Counted from the stretch's first letter, positions 1 through 12,822 are shown. The stretch is 64,000 nt of DNA from an uncultured Solirubrobacterales bacterium (GCA_963825825.1 CAWGUT010000004.1:9715-73714); one strand, 5' to 3'. The notes: generated by a model from the letters alone, not told the origin. Program-made: numbers and translations.

Positions 1-1188
1 GTCGGTGCGCCGCGCCGGATGGTCAACGTCCTCGAGGGCGAGAGCCTGATCAACGACGCGGCCGCGCTGGTCACCTACAAGGTGGCCGTCGCGGCGGCGA
101 TCGGGGAGGGCGTCTCGGCGTCGCACACGGGCTTCCAGTTTCTCGGCGATGCCGCCGGCGGCCTGGCGATCGGACTCGCGGTCGGCTGGGGAATCGCGGA
201 AATCCGCAAGCGGGTGAACGACGTCAACACCGAGCTGACGATCTCGCTGTTCAGCGCCTACGGGGCCTTCATCCCCGCTGATCAGCTGGGGGTCTCCGGG
301 GTCCTTGCCGTTGTCGCGGCCGGCCTGGTTCTGGGCTTCAGGGCCCCGGAGATCGCCTCGCCCGAGAGCCGGATGCAGGGCTTCGCCATGTGGTCGATCC
401 TCACCTTCCTGCTGAATGCCGCGCTGTTCATCCTGATCGGCCTGCAGCTGCCGAACATCGTCGATGGGTTGAGCGGTGAGCCCGCCGGCCAGGTCGTGGG
501 CTACGCCGCCGTGGTCTGCGCCGCGGTGATCGCGATGCGGTTCGTCTGGACCAACCTGATGACCGTGGTCATCCGGACTCTCGACCGGAGGCCCTCGCAG
601 CTCGCCAGGCGCAGCACCTGGCGACAGAGGACGATCGGCGCATGGGCGGGGATGAGGGGGTCGGTCTCGCTCGCGGCCGCGCTCGCGCTGCCGCTCCAGA
701 CCAACGCCGGCGAGCCCTTCCCCGGACGCGACCTGATCCAGTTCATCACCTTCTCCCTGATCCTGGTGACCGTCGTGGGCCAGGGACTGACGCTCCCATG
801 GCTGATCCGCCGGCTGGGAGTGACCGAGGACGGCGTCGACGAGGAGAACGAGGAGCTCAAGGCACGCCTGGTGATCGCGCGCGCAGCGCTCAACCGGGTG
901 GACGAGCTCGAGGAGGAGGACTGGACCCAGGAGGACACCATCGAACGGCTCCGCGCGCTCTACAACTTCCGGCAGCGGCGCTTCAAGGCCCGGGCGGGGA
1001 AGCTCGACGGTCCCGACGCCGACGGCATCGAGGACCGCTCGCTCGCCTACCAGCGGCTGATGCACGAGATCTACACCGCCCAGCGGGCCGAGCTCGTGCG
1101 GCTCCGGAACGAGCGGCGGATCAGCTCCGACGTGATGCGCCGCGTCGAGCGCGAGCTCGACCTGGAGGAGCAGCGCCTGGAGGTCTAG
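1..1188 (+). CDS. Na+/H+ antiporter, CPA1/NhaP family (5' end outside window)
   Basis: ORF 19..1188 stays open back to base 1 (VGAPRR precedes Met19). It has the LEGESLINDAAALV motif, several hydrophobic helices and a charged C-terminal tail. No frame break seen. Confidence 0.8.
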   Translation, partial: VGAPRRMVNVLEGESLINDAAALVTYKVAVAAAIGEGVSASHTGFQFLGDAAGGLAIGLAVGWGIAEIRKRVNDVNTELTISLFSAYGAFIPADQLGVSGVLAVVAAGLVLGFRAPEIASPESRMQGFAMWSILTFLLNAALFILIGLQLPNIVDGLSGEPAGQVVGYAAVVCAAVIAMRFVWTNLMTVVIRTLDRRPSQLARRSTWRQRTIGAWAGMRGSVSLAAALALPLQTNAGEPFPGRDLIQFITFSLILVTVVGQGLTLPWLIRRLGVTEDGVDEENEELKARLVIARAALNRVDELEEEDWTQEDTIERLRALYNFRQRRFKARAGKLDGPDADGIEDRSLAYQRLMHEIYTAQRAELVRLRNERRISSDVMRRVERELDLEEQRLEV

Positions 1189-2260
1189 CCCGGGTGAGAG
1201 CACGTGCCCGACCGCCGGGTCGGACTTGCCGTCGAGCATCTCGCGGTAGATCCGCTCGACGTCCTCGGGACCGGAGCCGTGCTCGACCCGGAGCCAGCCG
1301 CGGGCCCAGTCGACGTACTCGCGCCAGGCTTCGGCGAGCCGCTGGTTGACGCCCTCCGACCCCCAGTCCTCGGTGCGCTTCTTGAGGCGATCGGGCGCGA
1401 AGAAGAAGACGGGCTTCGGGCCGGCCAGCTCCGAGCCGCCGCCGAGGTCCTCGCGGTGGGTGATGCCCACCGCGGCCGAGTGCTTGAGCTCGTCCCCGAG
1501 GTGGCCGTGGACGGCGCTCCGGACCTTGGCGTCTCCCGACATGTCGACGTAGACGGACGGGTTTGCGGTCGAGCGAGTCGATCTCCTCATAGGGGACCAC
1601 TCGGTCATAGACGCCGAGCGACTCCGTGAACTCGACGTTCCGCGGCGAGGTGAGGCCGACCACCTCGATCCCGTCGCGCCGGTGGAGCAGATGGGCGAGC
1701 GCTGACGAGGTGCGGCTCGAGGCGCTCGAGAGGATCGCCGATGAGGCGCCGAACATCCCCTCGTCGTCGAGGAAGTCATCGATCAGGAACGAGGTGAAGT
1801 AGAGGGGCCAGAGGAGGATCTCGTAGTCCTCGTTCTCCTCCTCGTACATCTCGTTGCCGTCGGTGCGGAGATAGCGGTTGTAGGCGGCCGGGAGCTCCTG
1901 CCGGTGCGGGCTCGCGTCGACGAAGTCCGTGTCGCTGGCGCGGTCGGGCCGCACGACCAGGTGGCTGGCCGACGGGAAGTAGCCGTAGACCCGCGTCCCC
2001 TCGGGAACACCGTCGGCCTCGCTCGCGACCACGTCCGCGAAGCCCCAGACCGGCATGTGCCCCCAGGGATCCTCGGCGGGGAAGAACTTCCAGTAGTTCA
2101 TCGCCTCGCCCATCACCAGGTAGGTGATGTTGTTGGTGGTCAGTCCGAAGCGGTCGACGCCGAGCAGGACCTCGCCCGGCTCGAGCTCGGGCGCCTCGTC
2201 GTCGACGAAGCGGGTCTGGTGCAGGTCGTCTTTGCGGACCTGGAAGTCGATGCGGGGAGG
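1186..2260 (-). pseudogene. DUF2855 family protein, frame-disrupted and without a recognisable start codon
   Basis: ORF 1121..2116 reads NNITYLVMGEAMNYWKFFPAEDPWGHMPVWGFADV...FLIDDFL...VVGLTSPRNVEFTESLGVYDRVV, then turns to Arg/Pro junk at ~1555. The C-terminus (YVDMSGDAKVRSAVHGHLGDELKH...RIYREMLDGKSDPAVGHVLSPG) continues in another minus frame to ~1190. N-terminal homology (IDFQVRKDDLHQTRFVDDEAPELEPGEVLLGVDRFGLTTNN) runs upstream to 2260 with no ATG/GTG/TTG. The family call is from memory of DUF2855 sequences. Confidence 0.65.
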
Positions 2261-3240
2261 TTATTTGGCCGCGTGCGTGTGGAGCTTCCGCTTCGCCGCC
2301 AGGAGCGCGCGGTCGGCAGCGTCGTGCAGGCTGAGCGCGTCGCCGACGGTGGCCGCGACGCCGTAGGAGGCGGTGACGGTCCCGTCGCCGAGCTGGGCCT
2401 CGGCCAGGCGCTCGATCGAGCCGCTTCGCGGCGATCTTCGCTGCCTCGAGCGTCGTCTGGGGCATCAGCACCGCGAACTCGTCGCCGCCGATCCGGAAGG
2501 CGTCGTCGGTGAGCCGCGAGGAGTCGATCACCGCCGCGACGCCCTGCGAGCACCTCGTCGCCGGCGGGGTGCCCGTAGGCGGTCGTTGACGGCCTTGAAC
2601 CCGTCCAGGTCGAAGAGGCAGAGGGCGAGCGGATGGCCGTAGCGTGCGCTCCGCGCGGCCTCGACCACCGCCGCTCCTCGTATGCCCGGCGGTTAAGAGG
2701 CCGGTGAGCGCGTCCGTCCTGCCCTCCTTGGCCGCGAGCTCGAAGAGGGAGGCGTGGGCCATATGGGCGGAGATCGCGTCGCTCAGCAGGTTGAGCGTCT
2801 CGACGTCGGCGGGGCCGAAATGGCGCGGCTTCGGCGAGTAGACCTTGAGCACGCCGACCGCGCCGTCCCTGATGCTTGAGCGGGACGCAGATCATCGAGC
2901 GCAGGTTGACCCTCCTCGAGGCCCGGCGGTCGACGCGCGGGTCGATCTCCGTGTCCTCGCAGTAGAGGACCTGGTCCCGGTCGAGCGCGAGCCCGGAGAG
3001 CGTGCTGCGGCGGTCCATGCGGATGCCGAGATACGGGGTCGCCTCGCCAGAGGTCACGGCGTAGACCATCTCCTCGCCCTCGGGCAGCTCGATCACTGCG
3101 GAGGTGGCGCCGGTGATCTCCTGTGCCCGCTTGGCGGCCAGGTGCATGACCTGGTCGGTGTCGAGATCCGATGCGGCGATCTCGCTCTGCGTCTTGATGA
3201 TCGCCATGAGGCGATCCGCGGCTCGCTTCCATGCACTCAT
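2261..3240 (-). pseudogene. GAF-GGDEF diguanylate cyclase, multiply frame-disrupted
   Basis: The GAF-like N-terminus is in ORF 2140..3240 (to ~2890). Further pieces are in ORF 1776..2852 (HFGPADVETLNLLSDAISAHMAHASLFELA, RIGGDEFAVLMPQT), with GLLNRRAYEE back in the first frame. The last segment ...DALSLHDAADRALLAAKRKLHTHAAK ends at TAA 2261..2263. At least 3 frame switches. Confidence 0.75.
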
Positions 3241-3428
3241 GTTATCGGAGCCGCCGGTACTGAGTATTAGAGGCAGAGACGGCGACTGGACATTCGTCCA
3301 TTCGAATCCGACCGGCTAACGACGCAAAGAGCGGCTTTTGGGGGTCGGCTTTAACAAGTCGTTGGTTCGCGATTAGGTAGAAGTGGGTAAATCTCCCTCT
3401 TCGGCAACTACGAGGAGGAGGCCGGACG

Positions 3429-4803
3429 ATGACCGGACTGAACGGACGGCTTTCCGCGCTCGATGATTCCTTCCTGGCAGTCGAGAACGCCAGCGCCCAC
3501 ATGCACGTCGGCTGGGCTGCGGCGTTCCGGGGGCCGGAGGGGGGCCATGCACCTCGATTCGACGAGCTGCGGGATCACATAGCGAGCAGGCTCACCCGAG
3601 CCCCGCGGTTCAGGCAGCGGATCGCGTCGGTGCCCTTCGGGCTGAACGCGCCGATCTGGGTGGACGACGAGGGCTTCGACGTCGACCGGCATGTGCTCCG
3701 CTCGAACGCGACCCGCCTCCGGGACCTCGCCGACGCGTGCATGTCGACCCAGCTGCGGCGTGACCGGCCGCTCTGGCAGGTCTGCATCGCCGATCGCCTC
3801 GAAGATGGCCGGATCGGCCTCGTCGGCAAGGTGCATCACTGCATGGTCGACGGCATCGCCGCCGTCGAGCTCGGCTCGCTCCTGCTCGACCCGAGTCCGG
3901 ATCCGCCCCCGGCGGAGTCCGACCGCTGGCAGCCGAGCGAGACGCCGGGCGCGGCGCGGCGGCTGCTCGGCGGGGTAATCGACCTGGTCAGGGAGCAGTC
4001 GGCGCTTGCGACGCGTCCGGCCAAGCTCCTGCGCTCGCCGGGCAGGATCGGTGAGCTGGTCGAGCCCGTGCGGCGGGTTCGGGATGCACTCACCGAGTCG
4101 CTGCGACCCAGCGAGCCCCGCGAGCCCGTCAACCAGCCGATCACGGGGGCGCGCCACCTGGCCTGGTTCAGCCGTCCGCTCGAGGACCTGAAGCGGATCG
4201 GGCGTCCGCTCGGCGCGTCTGTCAACGACGTTCTGCTCGCCGCCTCCGCCGGCGGAATGCGCAATTTCATGCGCAGCCACGATCGCGACCCGGCGCCGCT
4301 CAAGACCATGGTTCCGGTCAGCGTCCGGGATGGCGACGCCTCGGAGTTCGGCAATCGGATCTCGTTCGTGTTCGTCGATCTGCCCTGCGATGAGCCGGAT
4401 CCGCTCCGCCGCCTGCAGAACGTGCGCCTCGAGATGACCGAGCGCAAGGAGGCCGGGATCCCGGAGGGCGGCGACATCGCGATGGCCGCCGTCAAGTACA
4501 TGCCGCGTCCCGCGCAGCACGTCATCACCCGCAGGATCGCCAGTCCGAAGACCTTCAACCTGACCGTCTCCAACATCCCCGGCCCCCGGGAGCCGATGTA
4601 CATGCTCGGCTGTGGGATGGAGGCGGCCTACCCGGTGGTGCCGATCGCCGACGAGCATGCGCGTGTCGATCGGGATGACCACCATCGGCGACCTGGCCTG
4701 CTTCGGCCTCTATGCGGCCAGCGAGATGCTGCCGGACTCAGACGAGCTGGCGGCGGCGATGGATGCCTCGATCGACGAGCTGCTCGATCAGGTCACCGCT
4801 TGA
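3429..4803 (+). pseudogene. wax ester synthase/diacylglycerol acyltransferase (WS/DGAT), one frame break near the 3' end
   Basis: ORF 3429..4808 carries the HHCMVDG active-site motif, PLWQVCI and NIPGPREPMYMLG. After ...PVVPIADEHA (~4655) the conserved tail SIGMTTIGDLACFGLYAASEMLPDSDEL...LLDQVTA continues in ORF 4612..4803. Confidence 0.8.
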
Positions 4804-4804
4804 A

Positions 4805-6946
<2,142 letters not shown>

Positions 6947-6969
6947 CGTCGGGGCAGCCTCCTAAACGG

Positions 6970-7003
6970 GTTCAGCGCGCCCAGATGGCGCGCCGAGTTG
7001 AAC
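6970..7003 (-). promoter_or_regulatory. nested inverted repeat in the glnN 5' region (function unknown)
   Basis: The repeat reads GTTCA-GCGCGCC-cagat-GGCGCGC-cgagt-TGAAC. It has a 7-bp inner stem and 5-bp outer arms and lies about 25 nt upstream of the glnN ribosome-binding site. Confidence 0.3.
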
Positions 7004-7161
7004 ACGACGCGAGCAGATTAGAGCGACATGCCTGGGGCGGGCATTGTCCGGGCGTACAAAAATCCGCAAACTGGTTTCGACACCAGGTCGGGTGGCGTTT
7101 CCGGCCGGGGTGGTCGAGCCCGCGATAGGGTGCGCGGCGAGCAATCGACGGGAGGCCCGCG

Positions 7162-7332
7162 GTGACTCAACGAACGCGAGTGAACCTCGCAGTTTCGCTG
7201 CTGACGATCGCGATCATCGTCAACCTCATCCTGCTGTTCAGCGGGGACACCTCGCCCGGCTGGCCGCTCGCGGCGGTGATCCTGCTGGGGGCGTCCGCGC
7301 TCTTGATGCTCTCGCAGCGGCGCGAGCCTTAG
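7162..7332 (+). CDS. small membrane protein (56 aa), hypothetical
   Basis: Not in the ORF track (<60 aa). GGAGG at 7151..7155, GTG at 7162, TAG at 7330..7332. VTQRTRVNLAVSLLTIAIIVNLILLFSGDTSPGWPLAAVILLGASALLMLSQRREP gives two hydrophobic helices. Third-position GC is high after the first codons. Confidence 0.45.
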   Translation: MTQRTRVNLAVSLLTIAIIVNLILLFSGDTSPGWPLAAVILLGASALLMLSQRREP

Positions 7333-8259
7333 ACGCGCAGGGCCCGGTTCCCAGTCAGCTGCGAGCCGGTTGCCGGACGGGTCCTGCAGGTGGAGCACGT
7401 CCTCATCGCCTTCCCTGCCTCGCTGATACTCGACTCCCTTGCCTGAAATGCGCCGCTCGAGCTCTTCGAGGGACCGTTCGCTCGGCAGCACGATCTCGAA
7501 CTCGCGCAGGCCGCGCGCACCGGGCGGCGGTGGAGGGGCGCCCTCGCCGGCCCAGGTGTTGAGGCCAAGGTGGTGGTGGTAGCCACCCGCCGAGACGAAG
7601 AGGGCGCCCGGGTAGCCGCGCACCGTCACGTCGAAGCCGAGCGCGCCCGAGTAGAAGGCCTCGGCGGCGGTCAGGTCGCCGACGTTGAGATGGACGTGGC
7701 CGATGCGGGTGCCGGGCGGCATGGCCGCGTTCGCGTCCTCGCGGCGCAGCTCGCCGAGCACCCCGTCGAGGTCGAGCGGCAGGGTGTCCATCTGGAGGAC
7801 GCCGTCGCGAACCGGCCATTCTTCCCGGGGGCGGTCGCGGTAGAGCTCGATCCCGTTTCCCTCCGGATCGCTCAGGTAGAGGGCCTCGCTGACCAGGTGG
7901 TCGGAGGCGCCGCTGAGGTGCCAGCCGGCCTCGGCCACGCGCTGGAGCGCCCGGGCCAGGTCGGGGCGGCTGGGGACCAGGATCGCCAGGTGGAAGAGCC
8001 CGCTGGTGCCGCGGGGACGCGGCGGGGCGTCCGGGTCGCCGACCAGCTCGATGACCGGCAGGTCCGAGGGATCCCCGGTGCCCATGCGCACGCCGCCGTC
8101 GGAGGTCTCGATCTCGGCCAGCCCGATCGCGTCGCGGTAGAAGTCGCGGAGACCATCGAGGTCGGCAACCGTCAGGCGGACCGGGCCCATCGAGGTGCCG
8201 GGGTCGATCGAGCCGTTCTCGCTCACGGCCGTGACGATAGTCCCGTCGCTCGCGAGCAC
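7329..8259 (-). CDS. two-domain VOC/glyoxalase family protein (extradiol-dioxygenase-like)
   Basis: ORF 7018..8259 holds two VOC modules (VRLTVADLDGLRDFY..., IGHVHLNVGDLTAAEAFY...). Protein-like sequence stops at ...VLHLQDPSGNRL (~7365). The open frame down to 7018 is antisense junk opposite the small membrane ORF. A one-base switch would give ...QLTGNRALRV and TAA at 7329 (ORF 7329..7586). The start is GTG 8259 or ATG 8190. Confidence 0.7.
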
Positions 8260-8321
8260 GAGGCATTACCGAGTTTTCCTACGAAAGTGCGGGGGAAAGT
8301 ACCGATGTCCCGATCCCCCAA

Positions 8322-9842
8322 TTGGCCGATGCTAGGCGGGACATGGGGGCGGATGCTTCTCGCATAGGTGGGGTCAACAGCTCTTTCGATCAGCCGGCGA
8401 CCATGGCCAAGGTCCTGGGCTCGCTCTTCCTCGCCGGGGCGACCATCGGCGCCCTCTCGCTGATCCTGCCGCACCCGAGTGAGTACGACTCCTCGGCGCT
8501 CTGGACCAACGTCGGCGTGGCATACGCCTTCGGGTTCGCCGTGCTCCTGCTTCGTCAGCGACTGCCCGCCTGGGCCCTGCAGCTGTCCGTCCTGGCCGGA
8601 ACGATCGTCGTCACCCGCGCCGTCTACTACGGACACGACCCCAGCGGCTACTACACGTTCTGGTACCTCTGGATCTGCGTCTATGCGTTCTTCTTCTTCG
8701 GACCGCGCTGGGGCGCTGCCCACGTGGGCGCGGTCGGCCTCGCCTACGCCTGGGTGCTCACTCAGGTCTCAGGTCCGACGCCTGTGCCGCGCTGGGTGGT
8801 GACCGTGGGGAGCATCCTGGTCGCCGGGCTGCTGGTCGATGCGCTGGCCGGCCGTCTGCGACGCGAGTCCGCGGCCGCCGCCGAGCGAGCCTCGAACATG
8901 GAGGCGGTCAGCGAGGTCGCCCGCCAGCTCGCCACCCAGAGCGACCCGCGCGCGGTCGGCTGGGCGATCTGCTCGGCCGCGGTCCGGACGGCGGGGGCAT
9001 CCGCGGCGGTGCTCTGGCGCCCGACGATCTCCGGCGATGCCCTGCAGGCCGACGCTGCCGCGGGCGCAGACGTCGAGGCAATGCACCTTCCATTCGTGAC
9101 CCCGGGCTCGGGCGCGATCCAGGTCTTCACCTCGGCCGAGGACCGCTTCGAGCTGCTGCGCGAGGGGCAGTCGGCCCAGGAACTCGCGCCGGCCTTCGAG
9201 GCGGGCGCCGCCCTCTGGGAGCCGGTGCTCAAGGACGAGGGTGCGGCGGTCGGCGTCCTGGCGGTCTACTGGCGCGATCCGCTGGACCACGTGAGCTCCG
9301 AGACGCGGCGCGCCATCGGCCTTCTGGGTCTGGAGGCGGCGATCGCGATCGACCGTGGCGAGCTCCTCGGACGACTCGAGATCGCGGCGCGCACCGATGA
9401 CCTGACCGGCTTGCTCAACCGGCGAGCCTGGGACGAGGAGCTCAGCCGCGAGCTCGCCCGGGCCGATCGCAGCAGAGCGGCGCTCTGCGTCGCGATCGTC
9501 GACCTGGACCTGTTCAAGCAGTACAACGACACCCACGGCCATCAGGCGGGCGACCGCTTCCTCAAGCAGATTGCCGGGGTCTGGAGCCAGAGCCTGCGCA
9601 CAGGTGACATCCTCGCTCGCTACGGAGGGGACGAGTTTGCCGTCGCCCTCCCGGGCACCAACCTGGAGCACGCCCAGCAGATGCTCGACCGTCTGGGCGG
9701 AGTCCTGCCTGAGGACCAGACCTGCTCGGCCGGCGTCTGCCAGTGGGATGGCGAGGAGAGCGCCGAGGGGCTCACGGCCCGCGCCGACACCCTGCTCTAC
9801 GCCGCCAAGGGCGCCGGGCGCAATCGCACCGTCCTCGACTAG
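8322..9842 (+). CDS. membrane-anchored GAF-GGDEF diguanylate cyclase
   Basis: Uninterrupted 506-aa ORF with about five N-terminal TM helices, a GAF-like middle and a C-terminal GGDEF domain (LLNRRAWDEEL, RYGGDEFAV, LYAAKGAGRNR). Confidence 0.85.
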   Translation: MADARRDMGADASRIGGVNSSFDQPATMAKVLGSLFLAGATIGALSLILPHPSEYDSSALWTNVGVAYAFGFAVLLLRQRLPAWALQLSVLAGTIVVTRAVYYGHDPSGYYTFWYLWICVYAFFFFGPRWGAAHVGAVGLAYAWVLTQVSGPTPVPRWVVTVGSILVAGLLVDALAGRLRRESAAAAERASNMEAVSEVARQLATQSDPRAVGWAICSAAVRTAGASAAVLWRPTISGDALQADAAAGADVEAMHLPFVTPGSGAIQVFTSAEDRFELLREGQSAQELAPAFEAGAALWEPVLKDEGAAVGVLAVYWRDPLDHVSSETRRAIGLLGLEAAIAIDRGELLGRLEIAARTDDLTGLLNRRAWDEELSRELARADRSRAALCVAIVDLDLFKQYNDTHGHQAGDRFLKQIAGVWSQSLRTGDILARYGGDEFAVALPGTNLEHAQQMLDRLGGVLPEDQTCSAGVCQWDGEESAEGLTARADTLLYAAKGAGRNRTVLD

Positions 9843-10545
9843 AGGCCGAGGTCGCGCAGGAAGCCCGGCTTGTACGCGGCGAGGTTGACGAAGGCGGGGA
9901 GAGGCATGTCGTCCGGATTGCCACGGACGCCGACGTGGCTGCCCTCCGGCACCTCGCCCTCGAGCCGCTTGCCGAGCTCGACGCGTCGTCCTCGGTGGCG
10001 GCGCCGACCAGCAGATAGCGGAAGCGCCGCTTCACCGGCAGGCCCTCGCCGCGCAGCTGGTCGGCGAAGCTTGAAGGTGTCGCGGATGTGCGGGAGCTCG
10101 ATCACCACCTCCCACGGGATACTCGCCGTAGCTCGCGTCCACCTCGCCCTGGGCCTCGTTCTCGCGCATCTCCTCGGCGCAGCGCCGCCTCGTCGTCCGG
10201 GAGCGGCTCCTCCGCGTCCTTCCACTCTTCGGCGACGGGATGCCAGCGCATCAGCCGTACCTGCCCGACCATCCCCTCGTCTTCCATGATGTGCTTGACG
10301 ACGCGCTCCGCCTCCTGGGCGGAGTCCTCGTGCCAGGCGTAGACGAAGATGAAGGAGCCGTCGCGCGTGACGATCACGCTGCCGCCGAGCAGCTTGCGCG
10401 CCTCGTCGTCGAGTCGCAGGTCATGCAGAGCACCCGAGAGGGTGTCGGCATGCTCGTCGCGGTCGAGGGCGACCTCGACGCGCCACTCGTCACGGCTGCG
10501 GGGCGGGTCGTTCCAGTCGTTCACGGCGCCAACTCTAGACGTCAA
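9839..10545 (-). pseudogene. hypothetical protein, multiply frame-disrupted
   Basis: The N-terminus is in ORF 10102..10545. After ...EEPLPDDEAAL the protein-like frame changes about four times: EEMRENEAQGEVDASYGEY / VVIELPHIRDTFKLADQLRGEGLPVKRRFRYLLVGAATEDDA / ELGKRLEGEVPEGSHVGVRGNPDDMPLPAFVNLAAYKPGFLRDLGL. The last piece is in ORF 9839..10225. No family recognised. Confidence 0.45.
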
Positions 10546-11150
10546 TCAGCCGGCCGCTCGGCCCCAGGTTGATCACCCTGGTCTCGCCGACCTCGTCCTC
10601 GGCGCCCCAGGCCTCGTGGATGTGCCCGCACACCGCGAGCGGGGGGTGCTTGGCCTCGATCGCCTCGAGAATCGCCTCGCTGCCCAGGTGGTCGCCCGAG
10701 CTCGAGGTGTCGCAGTGGCCCTTGGGCGGGGAGTGGACGACGAGCACGGCGCCCTCCGGGCAGGCGGCGAGGCGCTCGGCCGCCTGGTCCTCGTCGAGGT
10801 CGAAGCTCCAGTCCCAGGGAGTGATCGGGATCCCGGCGCCGAGCCCGAAGAACTGCGTGCCGTCGATCTCGGCCCCCTGCCCGTGGAGCACGGTCGCGGC
10901 GTCCCAGCCCTCGCAGGCTGCCCGCAGGGCGTCCTCGGTCTCGTTGTTGCCGGGCACGAGCACGGTCGGGACCGAGATCGGCCGGAGCGCGTCGATCGTC
11001 TCCTCGAGGCCCTCGTGGACCGACGCGAAATCGCCGGCGGCGATCACGACGTCGGCCTCGGAGGAGCGCTCGACCAGGCTCGCCGGCCTGGTCGAGGTCG
11101 CGATGCAGGTCGCTGAACGCGAGCAGCCTCACGGCCCGCAGTCTGCTCAC
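10535..11150 (-). pseudogene. metallophosphoesterase (calcineurin-like), one frame break
   Basis: MSRLRAVRLLAFSDLH (ORF 10542..11150) joins ORF 10535..11047 after a switch near ~11075. The second ORF carries the GNNE, VVHSPP and CGHIH motifs. Confidence 0.7.
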
Positions 11151-11163
11151 GGGATTCGGCGGC

Positions 11164-12112
11164 CTACGCGGCGCGCCTGGTCGGGATGTCGCCGGGGCGC
11201 AGGTAGCCGAGCTCGTCGAGCTTGTCGGCGAGGATCTCGTGCATCTCGATGATCTCCTCGCGGGTCATGTGGTCGGCCCAGCCGCCGGGCTCGGCTCGGC
11301 GGATCTCGCGGCCGGCGCCCTTGGCGGACTTCGGCACGCTGAGAACGAGTTGGTCGCCGGCGATCTCGTCGAGCTGCTCGCGGCTCGCCTCGATGCCGAG
11401 CATCCCGCAGATCCGCTCCAGGGCAGCGACCGGGTCGGCGCGCATCTCCTCGTAGCGGATCAGCACCCGCCGCTTCGGCTCGGTGCGCGCGTAGGTCTCC
11501 TGGACCACCTCGGTGCGGTGGAGCCAGACGCTCGACTGCCAGCGGATCAGGGCCGGCCTGCCGGTGTCATCCAGGGGATAGGCGCCCTCGTCGGTCGCCC
11601 AGCTGCCGTCCCTGTAGGCGTCGAGCCAGGAATCGACGACGTCGCGGCCGTCCCGGAGCAGGAAGATCAGCGAGGACTCGGGGAAGAGGTCCATGATCGT
11701 GTCCGCCGCGTGGGACCCCGGCTCCTTGACGACGACCACCGGCTCGTCGATGCCGCCGGCCTCGGCGATGTCCTGCGCCGCCTGCGCCTCGAAGCGGGTG
11801 CTGATCAGCTCGCCGCAGCTGCGGCATCCAAGCGTCGCGGTAGCGGTCGGAGAACAGGTAGTCGCGCTTCTTGCGCTTGAAGTCGGCGAGGGTGCCGAGC
11901 TTGGGCGGATCCTTCGCCGTCGCCCAGGCCAGCGGGATCGGGCGCCAGACGCCGAGATGGTGCCCGATGTGGGGGTCGTCGATCGGGACCACGCGCTCGA
12001 GCGCGGCGAGCATCCGCAGCAGCCAGGTGCTGCCGCTCCGGGAAGACCCGAAGATCCAGGCCAGCCGCCCCGGTGCCGTTACCGAGATGTCGGGTGTGAC
12101 TCCCTCGGGCAC
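11164..12112 (-). pseudogene. sulfotransferase family protein, one frame break
   Basis: ORF 11567..12112 carries the PAPS-binding loop IFGSSRSGSTWLLRML. After ~11830 the sequence continues in ORF 11164..11739 (VVVKEPGSHA, LLRDGRDVVDS, RYEEMRADP). Confidence 0.65.
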
Positions 12113-12128
12113 GATGCCCCTTCTCCGA

Positions 12129-12320
12129 TCAGGATGGTGACATGGTCCGACGCTTCCTGCGGCCGCAGCTTGGCCCTCTGTCAGACAGTAGACGCGATCG
12201 GCTCGGCCGGCTCAGACGCGGCAAGACGAGACCGATCAGGATGCAGACGATGCCGAGCGCGTAGTTGACGAGCACGGCAAGGATGATCCCGATCACTATG
12301 AGAAGTAGCGGTAGCTCCAT
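12129..12320 (-). CDS. small membrane protein, hypothetical
   Basis: This starts at an inner Met of the spurious ORF 12129..12824. It reads MELPLLLIVIGIILAVLVNYALGIVCILIGLVL followed by a basic tail, giving one clear TM helix. The SD is weak and the tail may be out of frame. Confidence 0.3.
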   Translation of the reverse strand: MELPLLLIVIGIILAVLVNYALGIVCILIGLVLPRLSRPSRSRLLSDRGPSCGRRKRRTMSPS

Positions 12321-12406
12321 GCCGCCTTCGATACCCCGGAGGCGAGGCCGAAACCCGGCGGCTAGACTCGATTGAGGGGAGTGAGCTGTCAGCAGATAGG
12401 AGCGAA

Positions 12407-12770
12407 GTGGGAAAGGTCTGGGTTCTCGACACGGAGACGAAGGGCACCGGAGCAGAGATGGTGCCCCTCGAGAAGGCACAGCGGCGATCGGCCGGCAGGG
12501 GTCCGACCATCGCGCCGAAGCCGAGCCTCGGCCTGAGGCGCCGCCCGCTCCGCGAGGGCCGCTGAGGTTCAAGGTCGTCGACGTGATGACCCAGCTCCCG
12601 CTCGCCGAGGATGCCGATACACGCACGCGCTCGAGGCTCTGGAGGGAGTCCGCAGCATCGTGGACGTCCGGATCTACGCGTGGCGGGCGGAGGACGAGGA
12701 TTGGAAGCCGCTCACGTTCGACGAGAAGAAGCGGCTCTGGAACCTCCGGGGCGCCGCGAAGGCGGCCTGA
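12407..12770 (+). pseudogene. hypothetical protein, two frame breaks
   Basis: AGGAG at 12398..12402 and GTG at 12407 open VGKVWVLDTETKGTGAEMVPLEKAQ. Switches near ~12515 and ~12635 give ...RFKVVDVMTQLPLAEDADTRTR / LEALEGVRSIVDVRIYAWRAEDEDWKPLTFDEKKRLWNLRGAAKAA, ending at TGA 12768..12770. Third-position GC is high in each piece. Confidence 0.45.
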
Positions 12771-12822
12771 CCGCGGTCCGCGGTGGGTGGATATTTCTGA
12801 GCCGCGGGTAAGCCATATCCGC

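Noticed and set aside
3285-3320. A T-loop-like TTCGAATCC motif in the WS/DGAT / GGDEF divergent intergenic region, suggesting a tRNA.
   Set aside because: I tried to fold the surrounding ~80 nt. The T-stem arms (GTCCA / CCGAC) and any acceptor stem do not pair, and no anticodon arm is apparent.
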